From assembly GCA_964057225.1 (NCBI GenBank), contig OZ059896.1, positions 15,376,001 to 15,440,000 on the forward strand: a stretch of DNA of 64,000 bases, given 5' to 3'. Under the pieces are notes generated by a model. That model was not told the DNA's origin. It was given only the letters and a program-made list of their open reading frames with translations, and made no database searches. The position numbers and the translations under genes are program-made. How positions within the stretch are numbered: position 1 is the first letter of the stretch; the number at the start of each line of letters is the position of its first letter. Below are positions 1 through 13,444 of this stretch, one piece after another. The stretch comes from Auanema rhodensis. Its lineage: Eukaryota > Animalia > Nematoda.

Positions 1-2614
1 AAAATAGAATAAAGAGAATGTGATTGAGTGTGTGGATGTGTCTGAGAGGAACAGAGATTCTAGTGTATTGAGGGCGAGTTATGAGAGACAGGAGGAAGAA
101 CAGGAAAGAGCAGTATATGGCTGGGTCACACCAAGATTTGTCAAGCGGCTGACCCATTGCAAATAGGCGTTGAGATCCTTTCCATATACAGAGTAATCAG
201 CTACACATAGCTATTGACATTGGCAACAGTTCTCGAAGGTGTTAAAAAATCTGAGAACAATCTCACATATACACAGTCATATATCTCTAATCTCTAAGCC
301 TATATATGAGGAAGTTTTCTCAAGAAGTACAAGGTCAGATCAAACCTGAAACAGGCTATTGGCACCTACACACATACACACACACACACACAGCTCAGAA
401 GAGTTTCAAGTTATAGGTGCTACTGCTGCAGTAGCTGAAAATAAGCAAAATGTTGAGAAGTACGAAAGGGGAAACTTGAATATGTTGATAAAACTTCGAA
501 AAGCAATTCAGTTTTAAGTAGACAGGCATGCATGTATGCGTGTAGTACCCGTATTCAGTCATGCTATATATGAGAAAAAGGGAGAAGCATCTTCAGAGCT
601 TTGCATCAAATTTCTTGTTCAAAAAGCCCCGTTGTCATAAATAACTAACCATGCTTTTCCTTTTCTCGTCTTGCCGCCTATCCTGTCCCTTACCCTCTTT
701 ACATACTCTCCTCGTTTTCAAGTTTATTCGTTTCTTTTTTTCGTCTATATATCCGAAAAATAAGAAGAAGAAGAACAAGAAAATATGGGTATAAATGTAC
801 GTGTTTCGGATATTTATCTCAGTTTGTGAATAGAGAACAAGGCGACAAGTACTAAAACAGACAACTTCATGTGCTGCAACACGAATGTTCATTGTCGGAC
901 ACTGCATGTCAGGGTTGCAAACATCAGACAAGCATCAGCAACATTGAGAGCTTATCAGCCTTAAAAGATTATTTGGCTGTAATGTTGCCATATATTGCAG
1001 GAGCAACTGCTTTTGTCTGATCTCGACCCATTTAAGGTAATTGGTCAAAAATGTCATAAAAAAGACAAATAGAAGTCGGACACAACGGCACCGCATATCA
1101 AAAATGGATAGGCACAGATGAGCAAACATGGCCCAATAAGAATCTGCGAGAACATGTGTCACTTGGAGGTCGTTCAGCTCATCTATTGAAAAAAAACCTT
1201 ATGATGAGATGAAAAACAAACGAAAGAAACAGAGTAAGAGTTAGAGATAGAGGACAAGAGGACTGTCAATTACTATTATTATTCCGGAGTTGCTTGTCGA
1301 ACCAGGCACTTAGCTAAAGTAATGTTTTAACCTAAATGACCAAGGCTGTAAGGAGGCGATAAGACATGAAAAGGAACCGAAGAAAACGAGGCTGAAACAC
1401 CCAAACCCAAGACTCTGAATGCACATGCTGATGCAGACAATTCACATTAATGGGTATATGGAGGAGCTTAGTTATGATAGTTAAAGTCAATTCCCGCTTG
1501 TTCGTTAAAACCTAGAATTCAAATAACTTTTTTCGAACTGAACAACCATGAGAACATTGATACCAGTCTACACCCACATGCATTCAAGGAGCTTCCAAGA
1601 GAAAAAGAGTGTGGGGGGAGAAATGAAGATCTAAAAACGAGGGAAATATGCTGGCATCAATGGCTTAGTGACCAACCACATTAATGTTGGAAAAAGATGA
1701 CAATTAGTTGCTTTGCCATCAAATTTTATACAAGAATCATATAATTGGAAGCTCTCAACTCTTCCATTTTTGTCTCCTTCTCTCTCTTAAGCTTAATGCT
1801 GGAGCATGAGCTGAGAGCGTTGATATAATAGGGTACCGAGTGACGAAGAAAGAGTCTATCCGCCTCATTAGTCATCCCAAATCTTCTATCATCATAACAC
1901 CGAATCTCAAATGTCAACTTTGACTGAAAGGAACTAGAGCTAACCAACGTAAACTGGAGGAAGTCTATATCAGCAACTTGAAGCTTTTTTCAATAGCAGA
2001 ACATGGCATTAAAAGAGCCGATTGAGAATGTTTCTCTGGATGGGACGGTGTAGGGGGTGGTGAGATGTAGAAAGCAAAGAAGTTTGAATACATTTGCGTG
2101 TTCACTAGCTCCTTTGCAACTCTCTAAGCCTAATTCATAATGCTTATTACAAATCAAATGAAGTGGAATTTCATGTCTAAAATCAATTATAACAAGAAAT
2201 TTGTGTATTAATATGAATTATATATTAAATATATATGAGAAGATGACAACTCAAACTATTTCAAATTTAAGGTCAAAGGAAAGAAAAAATCGAGCAGTTG
2301 CTTACCGACTTCCCCTCCCCCCTTCCTTCTTTTCTGAACGCAAAGCTTTAGATGGATTATGAACTAGTACTTGGAGCATCATAAGAAAGTTAGAAATGGG
2401 CAGAAAAAAACCAAATAAAGGTTAGAAGCACCACATGATTCAGAAGAGATTAAACGTATTCAAAGTTTTTTGATGATACTGTTCTTTGTGAGTTCATATA
2501 GCGGACACAATGAAGCCTTCTAATAGGCTTTTCCTCTGTTAAAATATGGAAGTGGAAGAGAGAGAAACAAAAAAAAACAGCAAAACAGCATCAAAATGAA
2601 GAGAAAGTACGAAC

Positions 2615-3206
2615 CTGTTGATAGCTGGCAATAAGAGCATCTTCATGGAACCAATCGAGTCGTCGAACTAGTTGCGGAGACAGAAAGTCCGGGGCCATGT
2701 GAGTCTAGAGAATAGGAAAATTATATTAATTAAACGTTTGGCATTTATAATAATAATAAGTATGAATGGATGAGTGTATTGAAGTATCACAGGAGAGTCG
2801 ATATATGAGAAGTTTTGACGGGAAAAGTGTATCTAGTTGATCATTGAAACAAGAAAATTCATCAGAAGATTTAGAGACGTAAGTCATGATGTCACATGTA
2901 TTCTAGTTTTCAAAACACAATGCTTAAGCCATATTCGAACGGTTTGAACAAAGAGAAAGAGAGAGAGAGAGAGAAATACATATAATCTAAGTAAAAGCAA
3001 ACTAACTATATACATATAGTTTACAAAAAATTTAAAATATAACTTACTTGAATGAATGATTCAGCTGGAGGACAGTTCAGATATGTGATGGTGTTATTCT
3101 GTGGAGTGACGATAGGCCGATGGGTTTGAGCAGCTACATAGTAGTGAGATGAATGGTACGTGACCAGGTAGAAAAGAAGCGCATAGAATAGGACGAAGAA
3201 CTTCAT
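2615..3206 (-). CDS. 5' exons of a secreted/cell-surface protein with probable N-terminal Ig-like domain (partial; presumably continues left of the window)
   Basis: Exon 3048-3206 (ATG 3206, [17 protein letters not shown] signal peptide ...[12 protein letters not shown]|gtaagt) joins in phase 0 to exon 2615-2704 (ctctag|[30 protein letters not shown]|gttcgt). Cys...Trp spacing resembles Ig B/C strands. No further exons were found. Confidence 0.65.
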
Positions 3207-6175
3207 CGATGGCAAGACGACATTTGGATAAAAACTTCTGAAATATCAATGAATGACTGATAGATGGCTATATGAATGAAGTGGTATGAAGGACAACATG
3301 CACAGAAATAACTAAAAAGGGAATAGAAGAAGAAGATTGTCATTTCATAGTTTCAGACTAGCAAATGAGAAAAGGAAAATTCGAGGGAAATCGATATTAA
3401 AATAGAAATGAATGAGAAATGGCAGGTAAATCATATACATATGGCAATTTTCAAATGTTTAACTGAGAAAGTTGAAAGAAAACCTTAGATAATCATAGTG
3501 TAAGTTGTAAGCAACTAAAAACGTGAAAGCTGGAAACAAGCTCTAAGGAGAGAACTTAGAAAGAATAAAGAAAATTATGGAATGAAAATGCTTAAAAGGT
3601 AGTTATTAATCAAGCTTTCAAATCAGTCCATTGTTTGTTTGTTTCCACTCTTCAAAAAAAAGTCATTGGAGCATTTTTTTTTCTCCTTCATTATTTCTTT
3701 ACGACATAAAGAGAGAGGGAGGAAAAGAGATCCGGAAATGGCTGAATAACACAAATTGAATATAGAAAAGTTTAGAAATACTTATGAATATATTTAGAAA
3801 TATACTTTCGAATATAGAAAATAATATAACAGACTTTCCATTGGAAGATCGGTTAGAGAATTAGCCGTATACGTCTGTTAAAAGGGGCGGGACTAAACCA
3901 GAGGGAGGGGGTAAATAAGAGAGAATAGAAATACACATATAAGAGAGAGACTGAGAGAGAAACTGAGCAATTCTCGGCTGTCGACTACCTCTAAACGGCC
4001 TGAACATTCGATGTCCACAGCAAGGAGGAAGAAGGAGAAGAAGAAGAAGAAAAAGGGGCGTGCCCCTCCTCCTGCAGTCAGCCCAACCAACTGCACCATG
4101 TAATGGTGAGGCCAGAAGAAGGGCGGGACCTGGAAATTTGCATACGCGTAGATGGTTAAGCAATCGGATTAGAAAGGAACGGACAATGGGCATTAGTAAG
4201 GACAATATTGATATAAGGCAATTTAAAAAGGAAAATATGAAAGTACCTTTTAAGGATTGTAATCTAAGATTACATGAAGAATAAGGAAGAGAGAAGAGAA
4301 GAATTGACGTCAAGAATTTCGTAGAATGTGTTTGATGTGAAGCAGTTTATCTCATTGGCTTTAATTGAAACATTCTGATACAAGTATTTCTGCCATCCAA
4401 GTTTTGATCTCATTGCGTATGGCTGACTTCAAACATCGTATCTGAAAGAAAGTAATAGAAAATATAAAAATATTATTGGCATCAAAGAAAATTACAATAT
4501 CAAAGACACCTAAGTTAAGAAGCAAAGAGTAAAACACAAGTAATATAGGAAAAGTAAAAATCAGGAGAGGTTGAGTCGAACAATATGAGTAAGAAGGAGA
4601 GATGATGCTACGAGAGAGATAGAGGAACGCACTGAAAAAAACGGAGCAGTAGTTTTCATTGTGCTCTAACTTTTCTTTATCAAGAAGAACTTCATTTTCA
4701 GATGAACATGTCTGAAGCATAACAGAGAATGCGTAGCGCACAAGACATGCATCAAAACAATTTCCATAATATAGTTATTAAACTTAAAAATGCAATTCGA
4801 GAGAAGCTTTTCATACACAAAAGTTATTGAGGGAGTATTTGAAGAGAAAACGAGCACACAGAGAGAAAGAGAGAGAGAGAATAAAAGAAGAGCGACATCT
4901 GTAAATGTAAGCCGAATGCCTGTCATGTTTAATGCTGAAAAGCTATTTGGATATTAATGATGAAAGATTAAAGCCTTGAAAAACGTCTCAGTACAAGATT
5001 ATGCTCTCTTGTTCTCACTAACTTTAATATTATTGAATGAAAAGTATTTGCGCTTGTTAGTATTTCTTACAAATGTTCATAATATTACAATACATATAGT
5101 TATTACAAGCATTTGAAGAATAAAAGAAGAGTTATAAAACAAAACAAAAAAAGGTTAGTTATGTTCAATGATAAACATGATGCAAATAATAAAAAAAACT
5201 TCAGACAATACTTAACCACGTACTTAATTTAGCATCTGCCTTTGTTCGTTAAGAAAAAAAAGAAAGTTTTGACCAAAAAACAACGCTCAAAGCTAAATAT
5301 GCTAATGAAGGCATACATGCGAACAGTTAGCATTCAAACATTTTCATTTCCAGAAGCTGCACATCCACGAACGGTTGTATTTGGCAGGTATGTTGTAGCA
5401 TTGTTTTTTACTTCAAACTGTTTTTTTAATTTCTTTTTTCTTTTTAATGTTATTTAAAATGATGCTGCTGCTTTTAATTTGCTTAGGCCTACCACTATGA
5501 GTATATACAGATGTTTGCGATTCCAATAAATTTGAAATTAAAATTCGAATAAAAAATTCAATTACCATGATGCATTCACTACTAGTCTCCATAGTATTTG
5601 TTCTCGTGTTCCTGCTCATTTTCTCATAATTATTGTTCTTGTGCAACAGACTTAATTGTTGCAAGGGGGATGCGCTTTGATTGAATGCTAACTAAGCAAA
5701 CCGTTCAGCCACCTGGTAGTCATGTCCTTTTTCCGGAAATCGTTGTCATGCTTGTTTTCTAATCGCTTCTTCTTTGCCTACTTCCCTTTCACTTTGAAGA
5801 TCCTTGTGCCAATAACATCGATCATTGCTTTTCTTTAAGTGAATATGCATGTCTATCTAAGTAATAGTAGAGAATTGTTACAAATGGCTACTCTCCTTGA
5901 CAAATGATCTGATGCATCGGCAGATGGTTTACAATTTATAGCCTCTCATCCTTTACCACATACTATCTAAGATATTCTTCTTAATGAGCATCATTACAAG
6001 ATCTTAAAAAGCGATAGTGAGATCAATGAAACTGCTTGCTTGTCTAGGATCCTGTATTGATAGCAAGGGCTCGATAGGTCTATGGTCATTGATCAAACAG
6101 TTCTCATGATTGGTACAAATTAATTTATTTAGGCAAGATTGGTGATTTTTTTTAATATATTTCGTATAATGGCAT

Positions 6176-9100
6176 TTACAATTGCTTAAGAGCTTTGTCA
6201 AGAAGTTCGAAGGTAAGATCGGCATGCTTCTTTTGATAAACCAAGGATGGTCTGAAACGAAGGGAACGGTCCCCACATCCTCCACAATGAAGTCCTAAGC
6301 CGATGGCCTGAAATATTACTATTAACTTACTCTATTAGGTATGTAACAAACCTTGTCAACGAGTTGATCCCTAAGGGCAGCAGTTGGAAGATCAACGGCT
6401 GCGAAAGTTCCTAATCCTCTAGCTTGTGTCAATTTGTTGGAATGCTTAGCCTGTAAAATTCAAAATTAGTGACAGATTCTAGCTTTTTGTGAAAATAGAA
6501 AAAGGCAAATTTGAAAAGCAAGAATGATCATTTGATGCATTACCATCAAGTTGTCAGTTGGTCATTTTCACTTATTCAGATCAACAGTTGGTGTTGCGGA
6601 AAATAAAAAAAGTTCAAATTACCTGAAGTTCGCTAAGATATTTCTGGAAAACTTCTCCGACGTCCTTTGACTGTTGGATAAGGTTGTCTCTCTTGATAAC
6701 CTCAATGGCTTTTTCCAAAAGGAAAAGCTTAGTTGGATCGCCCATCCAGGTGTTGTAAATTCTGTAGGCCTAAAAATGAAAATCATTTTATCGGAATACA
6801 TATGAATATAGCTAGATATTTTTTGGAAAATAACAAAACAACATACTTCCTTGATGCGCAGATTCTCTGAGTAGAAATATCCTCCGGTCAACAACTTCTT
6901 AGAGAAGGTAACCATATCAGGGGGGGAAGAGAGATTCCAATGCTCGTGAGCCCACATGTTTCCAGTAGCTCCACCACCAGTTTGGACCTATTTTAATATA
7001 ATATAACTATAATTACAATTATTATTAAAATACCTCATCAACGATGAACACAACTCCATTCTGCTTGGTAATATCTCTTAATCCTTGGAAGAATTGAGGG
7101 CTTCCATAGTTGTCACCTCCCTCAGCTTGAATTGGTTCAACAATAATGGCAGCGACATCGTTATCCTTCAATTTGATTTTAATAAGAAAACAGTGGGCAT
7201 TTCAAACCTTCTTCTTCCACTCAGCAATTTTTTCCTTCACATCCTGAAGGCATTCTTTATCTTGTTGGTCGTTGTAAGCTTTATTGTCAGCCAAAGGATA
7301 CTTGTACCGTGGGAATTTAGCAATTGGCCAGTCAAGGGCTGGGATATCAACCTTAAAATATTAATATTTAATTAGTAACTCTAGCTGAAAATCAAACCTT
7401 GTGAACAGCCTTGCTTCTTGTGACAGAAAGCATGCACAAAGAGCGTCCGTGGAAAGCTCCCTAAATAAATTAAATACCTTATTGTTGTAACGTCGTACAA
7501 AATATTTTACCTGAAATCCTAAAACGGACAAACGTGGAGTTCCTGGCTTCTGTTGAACCATACAGCTGTCAAGATGAGCTTGATCTGGAGGGTTGCCACC
7601 ACGTCTCTGGGTCATATACCTTAAAAAATAATTTCAGTTTTTGAAAGGATTAGTTGTTTGAATTACCAGATAAAGGCAGTCTTGATGGCATTCTCGTTAG
7701 CTGATGTTCCGCAAAGCATAGTTTGGACGGCCTGAACATATTTAATTAAACTTTCACTGAAAAGTTGCATTTTTACTTTAAGTCCCTTTGGAGCAACAGC
7801 GGTAAGAGCATTGCTAATTCCGTCAGCGAAATCTGTACGTGGGAAAGATCCGAGAGCTGGTCGAGAAACCAAAGAAGTCTTAAAAGGTAAAATTTGATAA
7901 AAATTAGATTAAACTAGTGACACATTGAAAAATTAAAACAAAAAAACATATTGATATCTATATTACGAGAGAAAGATAAGATTTTCGATCTTTTCTAAGT
8001 ATTTTTAGCTGAAAGAAAGAGAAAGGGTAATTAACAGAGACTAAGAAAGAAAGAGAGAATAAGAGAAAGCGAAAAAAGATAGAGAGATAGAATAGATAAA
8101 ACAAACTCACAATCAGCTTATCAGAGCTAGCGACCTTAACCAAATCAGGATGGTTATAACCAAGTGGTAGCGATGAGATTTGAGTGTAAACATCAAGAAG
8201 GGTATTTCCTAAAAAAGAAATAAAGTAGATGGAGTGTAAAGCTGGCTGAAAAGACAATAGCTACTTACCATCAGCATCGACAACGTAGTTACCAAATGAC
8301 TTTTCGTAGTCAACAAAGAATCGAACAGATGTGGTTTGCTGAAATGATAATGAATGAATTTTAGGCAATCTTTGGTCGCCTTTTCTAGTAATTCTGGTTA
8401 TGGAACATCATGTGGCTTGAAATCAAACAAAAATGTTTTTCGATATACATGAACTTCACATATATATTTAACAATATAGCAACCTCCATCGTTAAACTCT
8501 AATTGATAAGCCCAAATTGCCAAAAGACAGTTGCTGTCCTGTTGTTCCTTTTCCGTTCTTTTTGTCTTGCTCTCTCTCTCTGTCGCACTTTATCTATTTT
8601 CCCCTCTTCTCCATACTATGGTTTCTGGTGTAACAATCAACGTGATAGAAGAAAGTCTCGGTCAAATCACGCCACTATCAGTTCCAGAAAATGTTAATGT
8701 CAGCTTTCTTTGTTTTTGAGATCAGCAATGAACATACATGAATTGGGTCCATCCTCTTCTTCAATTCTTGAGACTTGGGCCCGGGAAGAGCAGTACGGAC
8801 TGAAGGCCCGGAAGGCTCTTGGCAAGCGATGCCGCTGGCACATCGGGCAGCTGAAAATAGTTTTTTCATCTTTTCAATCGTTTATACAAGACAAGAGCTC
8901 TTGCAAATAGATTATAACAACGCAAAAAGCTAAATTATATATTGAAGCAGCGGAATTTGTTGGCCGTTACACTCCCCTTCAATGCTGTTTCAGCATTTGA
9001 ATCCAAAAGAAGCATTCAATATTTTTGAAAACCGCACTCGCTTACTCACACATAATGCTAGTAGGCTTTCATGAAACGTGAAAGTAAAATAATCATTCAA

Positions 9101-9338
9101 AATAGATACAAAGAACCACGTGTGGAAGCAGTTAGTCATTTGTTACAACAAAAAATCAGAGTTCGTAATAGACAAAAAAAAGGAGGAATATAATAGCAAA
9201 GCTTCAATATTTATAAACAAGATATTAACAGCTTATTGCAAAAATACTTTTGAAGAATATTATGAGAAAAATATTTAAATCTTTGAAAAAAAGCTTACCT
9301 GAAATGGAAGAATAACGACCACTCACTCGGGAGAGCAT
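6176..9338 (-). CDS. gta-1: 4-aminobutyrate aminotransferase (GABA-T), mitochondrial; multi-exon
   Basis: Start [13 protein letters not shown]. Internal motifs: [73 protein letters not shown] (PLP lysine), [14 protein letters not shown]. Stop TAA 6176-6178. Confidence 0.95.
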
Positions 9339-9578
9339 AGTTGAAAGCAATGTCAAAGAGAAATATGGAGGCGTGGCTAGTAGAAAGCGCCTCTATTGAC
9401 CCGCCTATAAGAAAGGCAAGAAAAACACCGTTAAGAACAAGATACTCTTCCATCCGAAAAATTTTGCTTTTATACTGCTTTATTACAATGTAGACTAGAT
9501 GTCACATATTGTGCAATTAGAACATAATTCCTTGAAAACATTCAATTTGCTTCTAACTAACTAAACAATCAATGACAA

Positions 9579-9608
9579 ATATATATATATATATATGTAT
9601 ATGTATAT
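9579..9608. repeat. (AT)n microsatellite between mspn-1 and gta-1
   Basis: atatatatatatatatatgtatatgtatat. Confidence 0.8.
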
Positions 9609-9737
9609 GAACAATTATATAAAATTTGGAACTATAGAATTCTAGGAAAACATTAAAAAAATATGGCATACGTATTGAGCAGTGAAATTTTTAAATTAAA
9701 AAAAAGTGAAAAAGTAGATCAAGTTCGGTTTGAAGTT

Positions 9738-11144
9738 CTAATCTAAGCAGTGATCCACCATCATTCGCACATCCCTTTTGTATTTGGTGACTGCTGTTCG
9801 CATATCAGACTGTGTAAGCTTTTCATAATCTGTCAAAGATCCTTGAAGCTTTTTAGTAGCTTTAGCTCTAATAACAACGGCGATTCGGCAAACCTGAAAA
9901 TGATTACATTTGACAATGTTTTGTCTCATCGGTATACTTCTTTTAAATCCGAACCAGAAAGTCCTTCTGTTTGCTCAGCAATTTCTACGAGATCTGTTGC
10001 TGATGTATCATGCTCTTTCAGTATTACCTTCAAAACGTTTTTAGTATTTCAAATAGATTTCAGAGATTTCATTGACACCTGTAGTATTTTTGCTCTCTGA
10101 GACGTATTGGGGAGATCAACTTTAAATTTCGCAGGAAGTCTTCGCAATATTGCACCATCAACATCCTTTGGTCTATTAGTAGCTCCGATAACAATAATCT
10201 AGAGAAAATGAATAAAATGTGGCATCTATTACACGATACCTGATCATTAGTGCTAGCAAAGCCATCCCACAAAGTCATAAATTGAGCTTTCATCATAGCT
10301 GTGGCTTCGTGATCATGTGTCTGCCTATCTCTCAAAAATGAATCTACAATAAAAAAATTTAATTTACGTGCCAACACTAAGTAAACCGAGAACACTTTTT
10401 GTGGTAATTTATTCTCATTCTTTCAAAGATTTTGAGGGATTCTCTTCAACATAAACATACCTATCTCATCTATAAATACAATAGTGGGCTGGAACTTGGC
10501 AGCAACACTAAATACCGCAGCAGCGAGTTTCTGAGACTCTCCATACCACTTATCGGTAAGATTAGAAACTTGAAGATTTATAAATCTTAATTTATTCATG
10601 GCTCGTGTTGTTTATATTTGATATACCTGCATCCAGCAGACCTGGCTAAAGCTTTAGCAATTAAAGTTTTTCCACAGCCTGGTGGTCCATATAATAGAAC
10701 ACCCTTTGGTGGGCACAATAGTTTGTTGTTTGTTTCAGCAGCTAGCCCTAAGGGCATTATTACCCTATCTTGTAATTCTTCCACCAATTCTTCGTACCCT
10801 CCTTAACATAGTTAGAATTGTAAGGATATCCCTATATATACTTGCCAATTTCATCCCAAGTAGCACCAGAACTTTGACTACATACAAATTGTGTTGCAAT
10901 TCTCAGTTCATGTTCTGTTAACTCGACACTTCTATCCATCCCCAACTCAGCAAACAATTTAGCGACCTACACGTGTGATAATACCCCTGATTCCGTAGAA
11001 CTGTCGAACCTGTTTCTTGTTCTCTTCTTTACTAGCATAACCAGGATCCAGGTACCGAACCATGTATCGAACAGATAAATACGACAGAGCGGCCGCAGCC
11101 GCTAGTCTCAACCCTATACTTATAAGTTCTGCTCTGTCAGACAT
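9738..11144 (-). CDS. mspn-1: Outer mitochondrial membrane AAA ATPase Msp1/ATAD1; multi-exon
   Basis: N-terminal hydrophobic anchor [25 protein letters not shown], Walker [15 protein letters not shown], Walker [30 protein letters not shown]...AILRR. Confidence 0.93.
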
Positions 11145-11258
11145 CTAATATGAACATTTGTTATTATTGAAATTATTATATTAGATACAATTGGAAATCC
11201 GATAACAACAAATACATTATCAACAATCTTTATCTGTTTATAACAAGAACAACGTAAA

Positions 11259-12389
11259 TTAGTTGGAACGGACAGAAACTTGCCATACACGGATAACATT
11301 GTCGGTGTAACCGGCATACAAAGTCTGACCATCTTGGGACCAAGCAAGGGAGGTACATTGTGGAGCAGAAGATCCGCTCTTTCCGGTTCCAGTGACATCA
11401 GGCTTAAGCTCCTCGAGTTCAGACTTGTCTTCGAGATCCCAGATCTTGACGACTGGTCCAACAGCGGCGCAGAGCCAGTAACGGTTGGGAGAGAAGGCCA
11501 TAGCGTTGATGACGTTGTTTCCGGTGAGGGTGTAAAGGTGCTTGCCCTCGTTGAGGTCCCAGAGCATAGCTTGTCCGTCTTTTCCTCCGGAGGCACAGAG
11601 GGAACCGTCTGGGGAAACAGTGACGGTGTTAACATATCCGGTGTGTCCAACGTGGTTGGTCTTCAGCTTGCAGTTACCAAGGTTCCATACCTTGACAACC
11701 TTATCCCAACCAGCGGAGACGATGACGGGGTCGCGGGTAGAAGGAGAGAATCTGACAGTGGAAACCCAGTCCTTGTGGCATTCGTCCTTAAAATATGATA
11801 AAAATAATAAGAAGAAAATTAAAAAAAAAGAAATGCCGGTAATTAAACTTACAGTGATGGTGTACTTGCACTGAGCGAGGGTGTTCCAGAGCTTGATGGT
11901 CTTGTCACGAGATCCAGAGACGATTTGTCTGTTGTCAGCGGAGAAGGCAACAGAGAGGACATCCTTGGTGTGGGACCAGAATTGTCTGGTGGTCTGTCCG
12001 CTTTAAATTCAACAATAAAAAAATTTTTGAAAAAAAAACGCTTACGTGTTAAGATCCCAGAGACGGAGGGACTTATCCCAGGATCCAGAAAGAGCGAACT
12101 GTCCATCAGAAGAGATAACTACGTCGGAGACGAAGTGACTGTGTCCAGTAAGAGATTTGACTGGTCTGCCAATGGTTCCGAGGTCGCTAGCCTGGTTGTC
12201 AACATCCCAGACAATGATGGACTTGTCTAAATTCAGAAACTAAGAAAAATCAGGAAAAAATATAGTAATACCACGGGAGGAGGAGATAACGGTGGTCTTG
12301 TCACCACGTGGGAAGGTGGCAATTTGGGTAACCGCTCCGGAATGACCGTCAAGGGTACCCTTCAATTGCATTTGCTCTGTGATTCCCAT
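11259..12389 (-). CDS. rack-1: RACK1 / GNB2L1 WD40 ribosome-associated scaffold; 4 coding exons
   Basis: [18 protein letters not shown]..., [68 protein letters not shown]. Strong codon bias typical of a highly expressed gene. Confidence 0.97.
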
Positions 12390-13444
12390 GTTTTATGTGA
12401 CCCAGTCGATGAAACTGCAAAAAATACCACGTAAAAAATACTATCAAATATTAAAACTGTAATTAAAAAAAACTACGAAAATTATTTAGAAGCTAACAAA
12501 AAATAGAGTCCCAATAGTATACAAGAAAATTTTAGAAAACAAGAGTCTTCCCAAAATTTTGGACGAATTCTCTCTTTACGTCTCAGCAATCTACGGTAGC
12601 AAAAGTGAGATATTCATGGTGATCGCGGCAGGACCATTTGACGCTTTGATGCATTTTCTAACCTTGATGTGCGGTCGTATACTACATAACTCTTCTTAAG
12701 ACTTTGTTTAGTTTAATAATTATATTTATTTCCATAATAATTGAAATAATCAACTCTAGTATTTGAAAAATATTTCAAATATTTTATTTCAATTTTCATA
12801 ATACTAACTTTCACCAATAATTTTAACATTAAAATACAAAATAAATTATAATACTATAAATGTATTCATTCTTTATTGAAAAAATATTCTATATTCTTAA
12901 CAAACTAAATATAATTCTGATTCTAATTCTCTACATTACCTTGTCACATTCCTAAATTAAATATTAATCAAAATCTCTAGCGTAAATTCATCATTTATAC
13001 TCTATATTCATACAAAAGGTGTCCCGTTAAGACGTTTTTTCAAGTATTCTTAGCTTTTTAGTCGTTTCACAATTTATTTCTTCTATGGAAGAAACGTTGT
13101 GTGGTAGCTATTCCTCTTTTGAATGTTTTGTTCTCCTGATTTACAAGAGGCTTTATTTTCTTCGCTATCGATCAATAACGCGCTGACCAGTTCAGCCGCC
13201 ACGCTCAGTCTACACACAGTGTCTCTAAGACATCTCACTGAGAGCTCTCTGCTTTTTCATTCAGATGCGCGCAGTCCTCTCTCCATTATCTATACAGTTC
13301 AGCTTTCATTGGACTTATTCTGCGATTTCTTTTGAAATTCCATTTTCTACTTTGAGCGAATTATTCGTTTTGTTCTGAATTAGATCACCTGATTCGTAGT
13401 TATTCGCTGATTTTATCTATTTTTAGGATTATTTTTTTTAATAT

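Noticed and set aside
8970-9016. Possible alternative first exon of gta-1 ([14 protein letters not shown])
   Set aside because: The phase-compatible donor is weak (A|GTGTAA) and there is no upstream acceptor or other support.
11280-12230. Plus-strand ORFs of 172, 110 and 101 aa and the alternate-frame 176-aa minus ORF over rack-1
   Set aside because: Antisense or frame shadows of a strongly codon-biased gene; no independent protein features.
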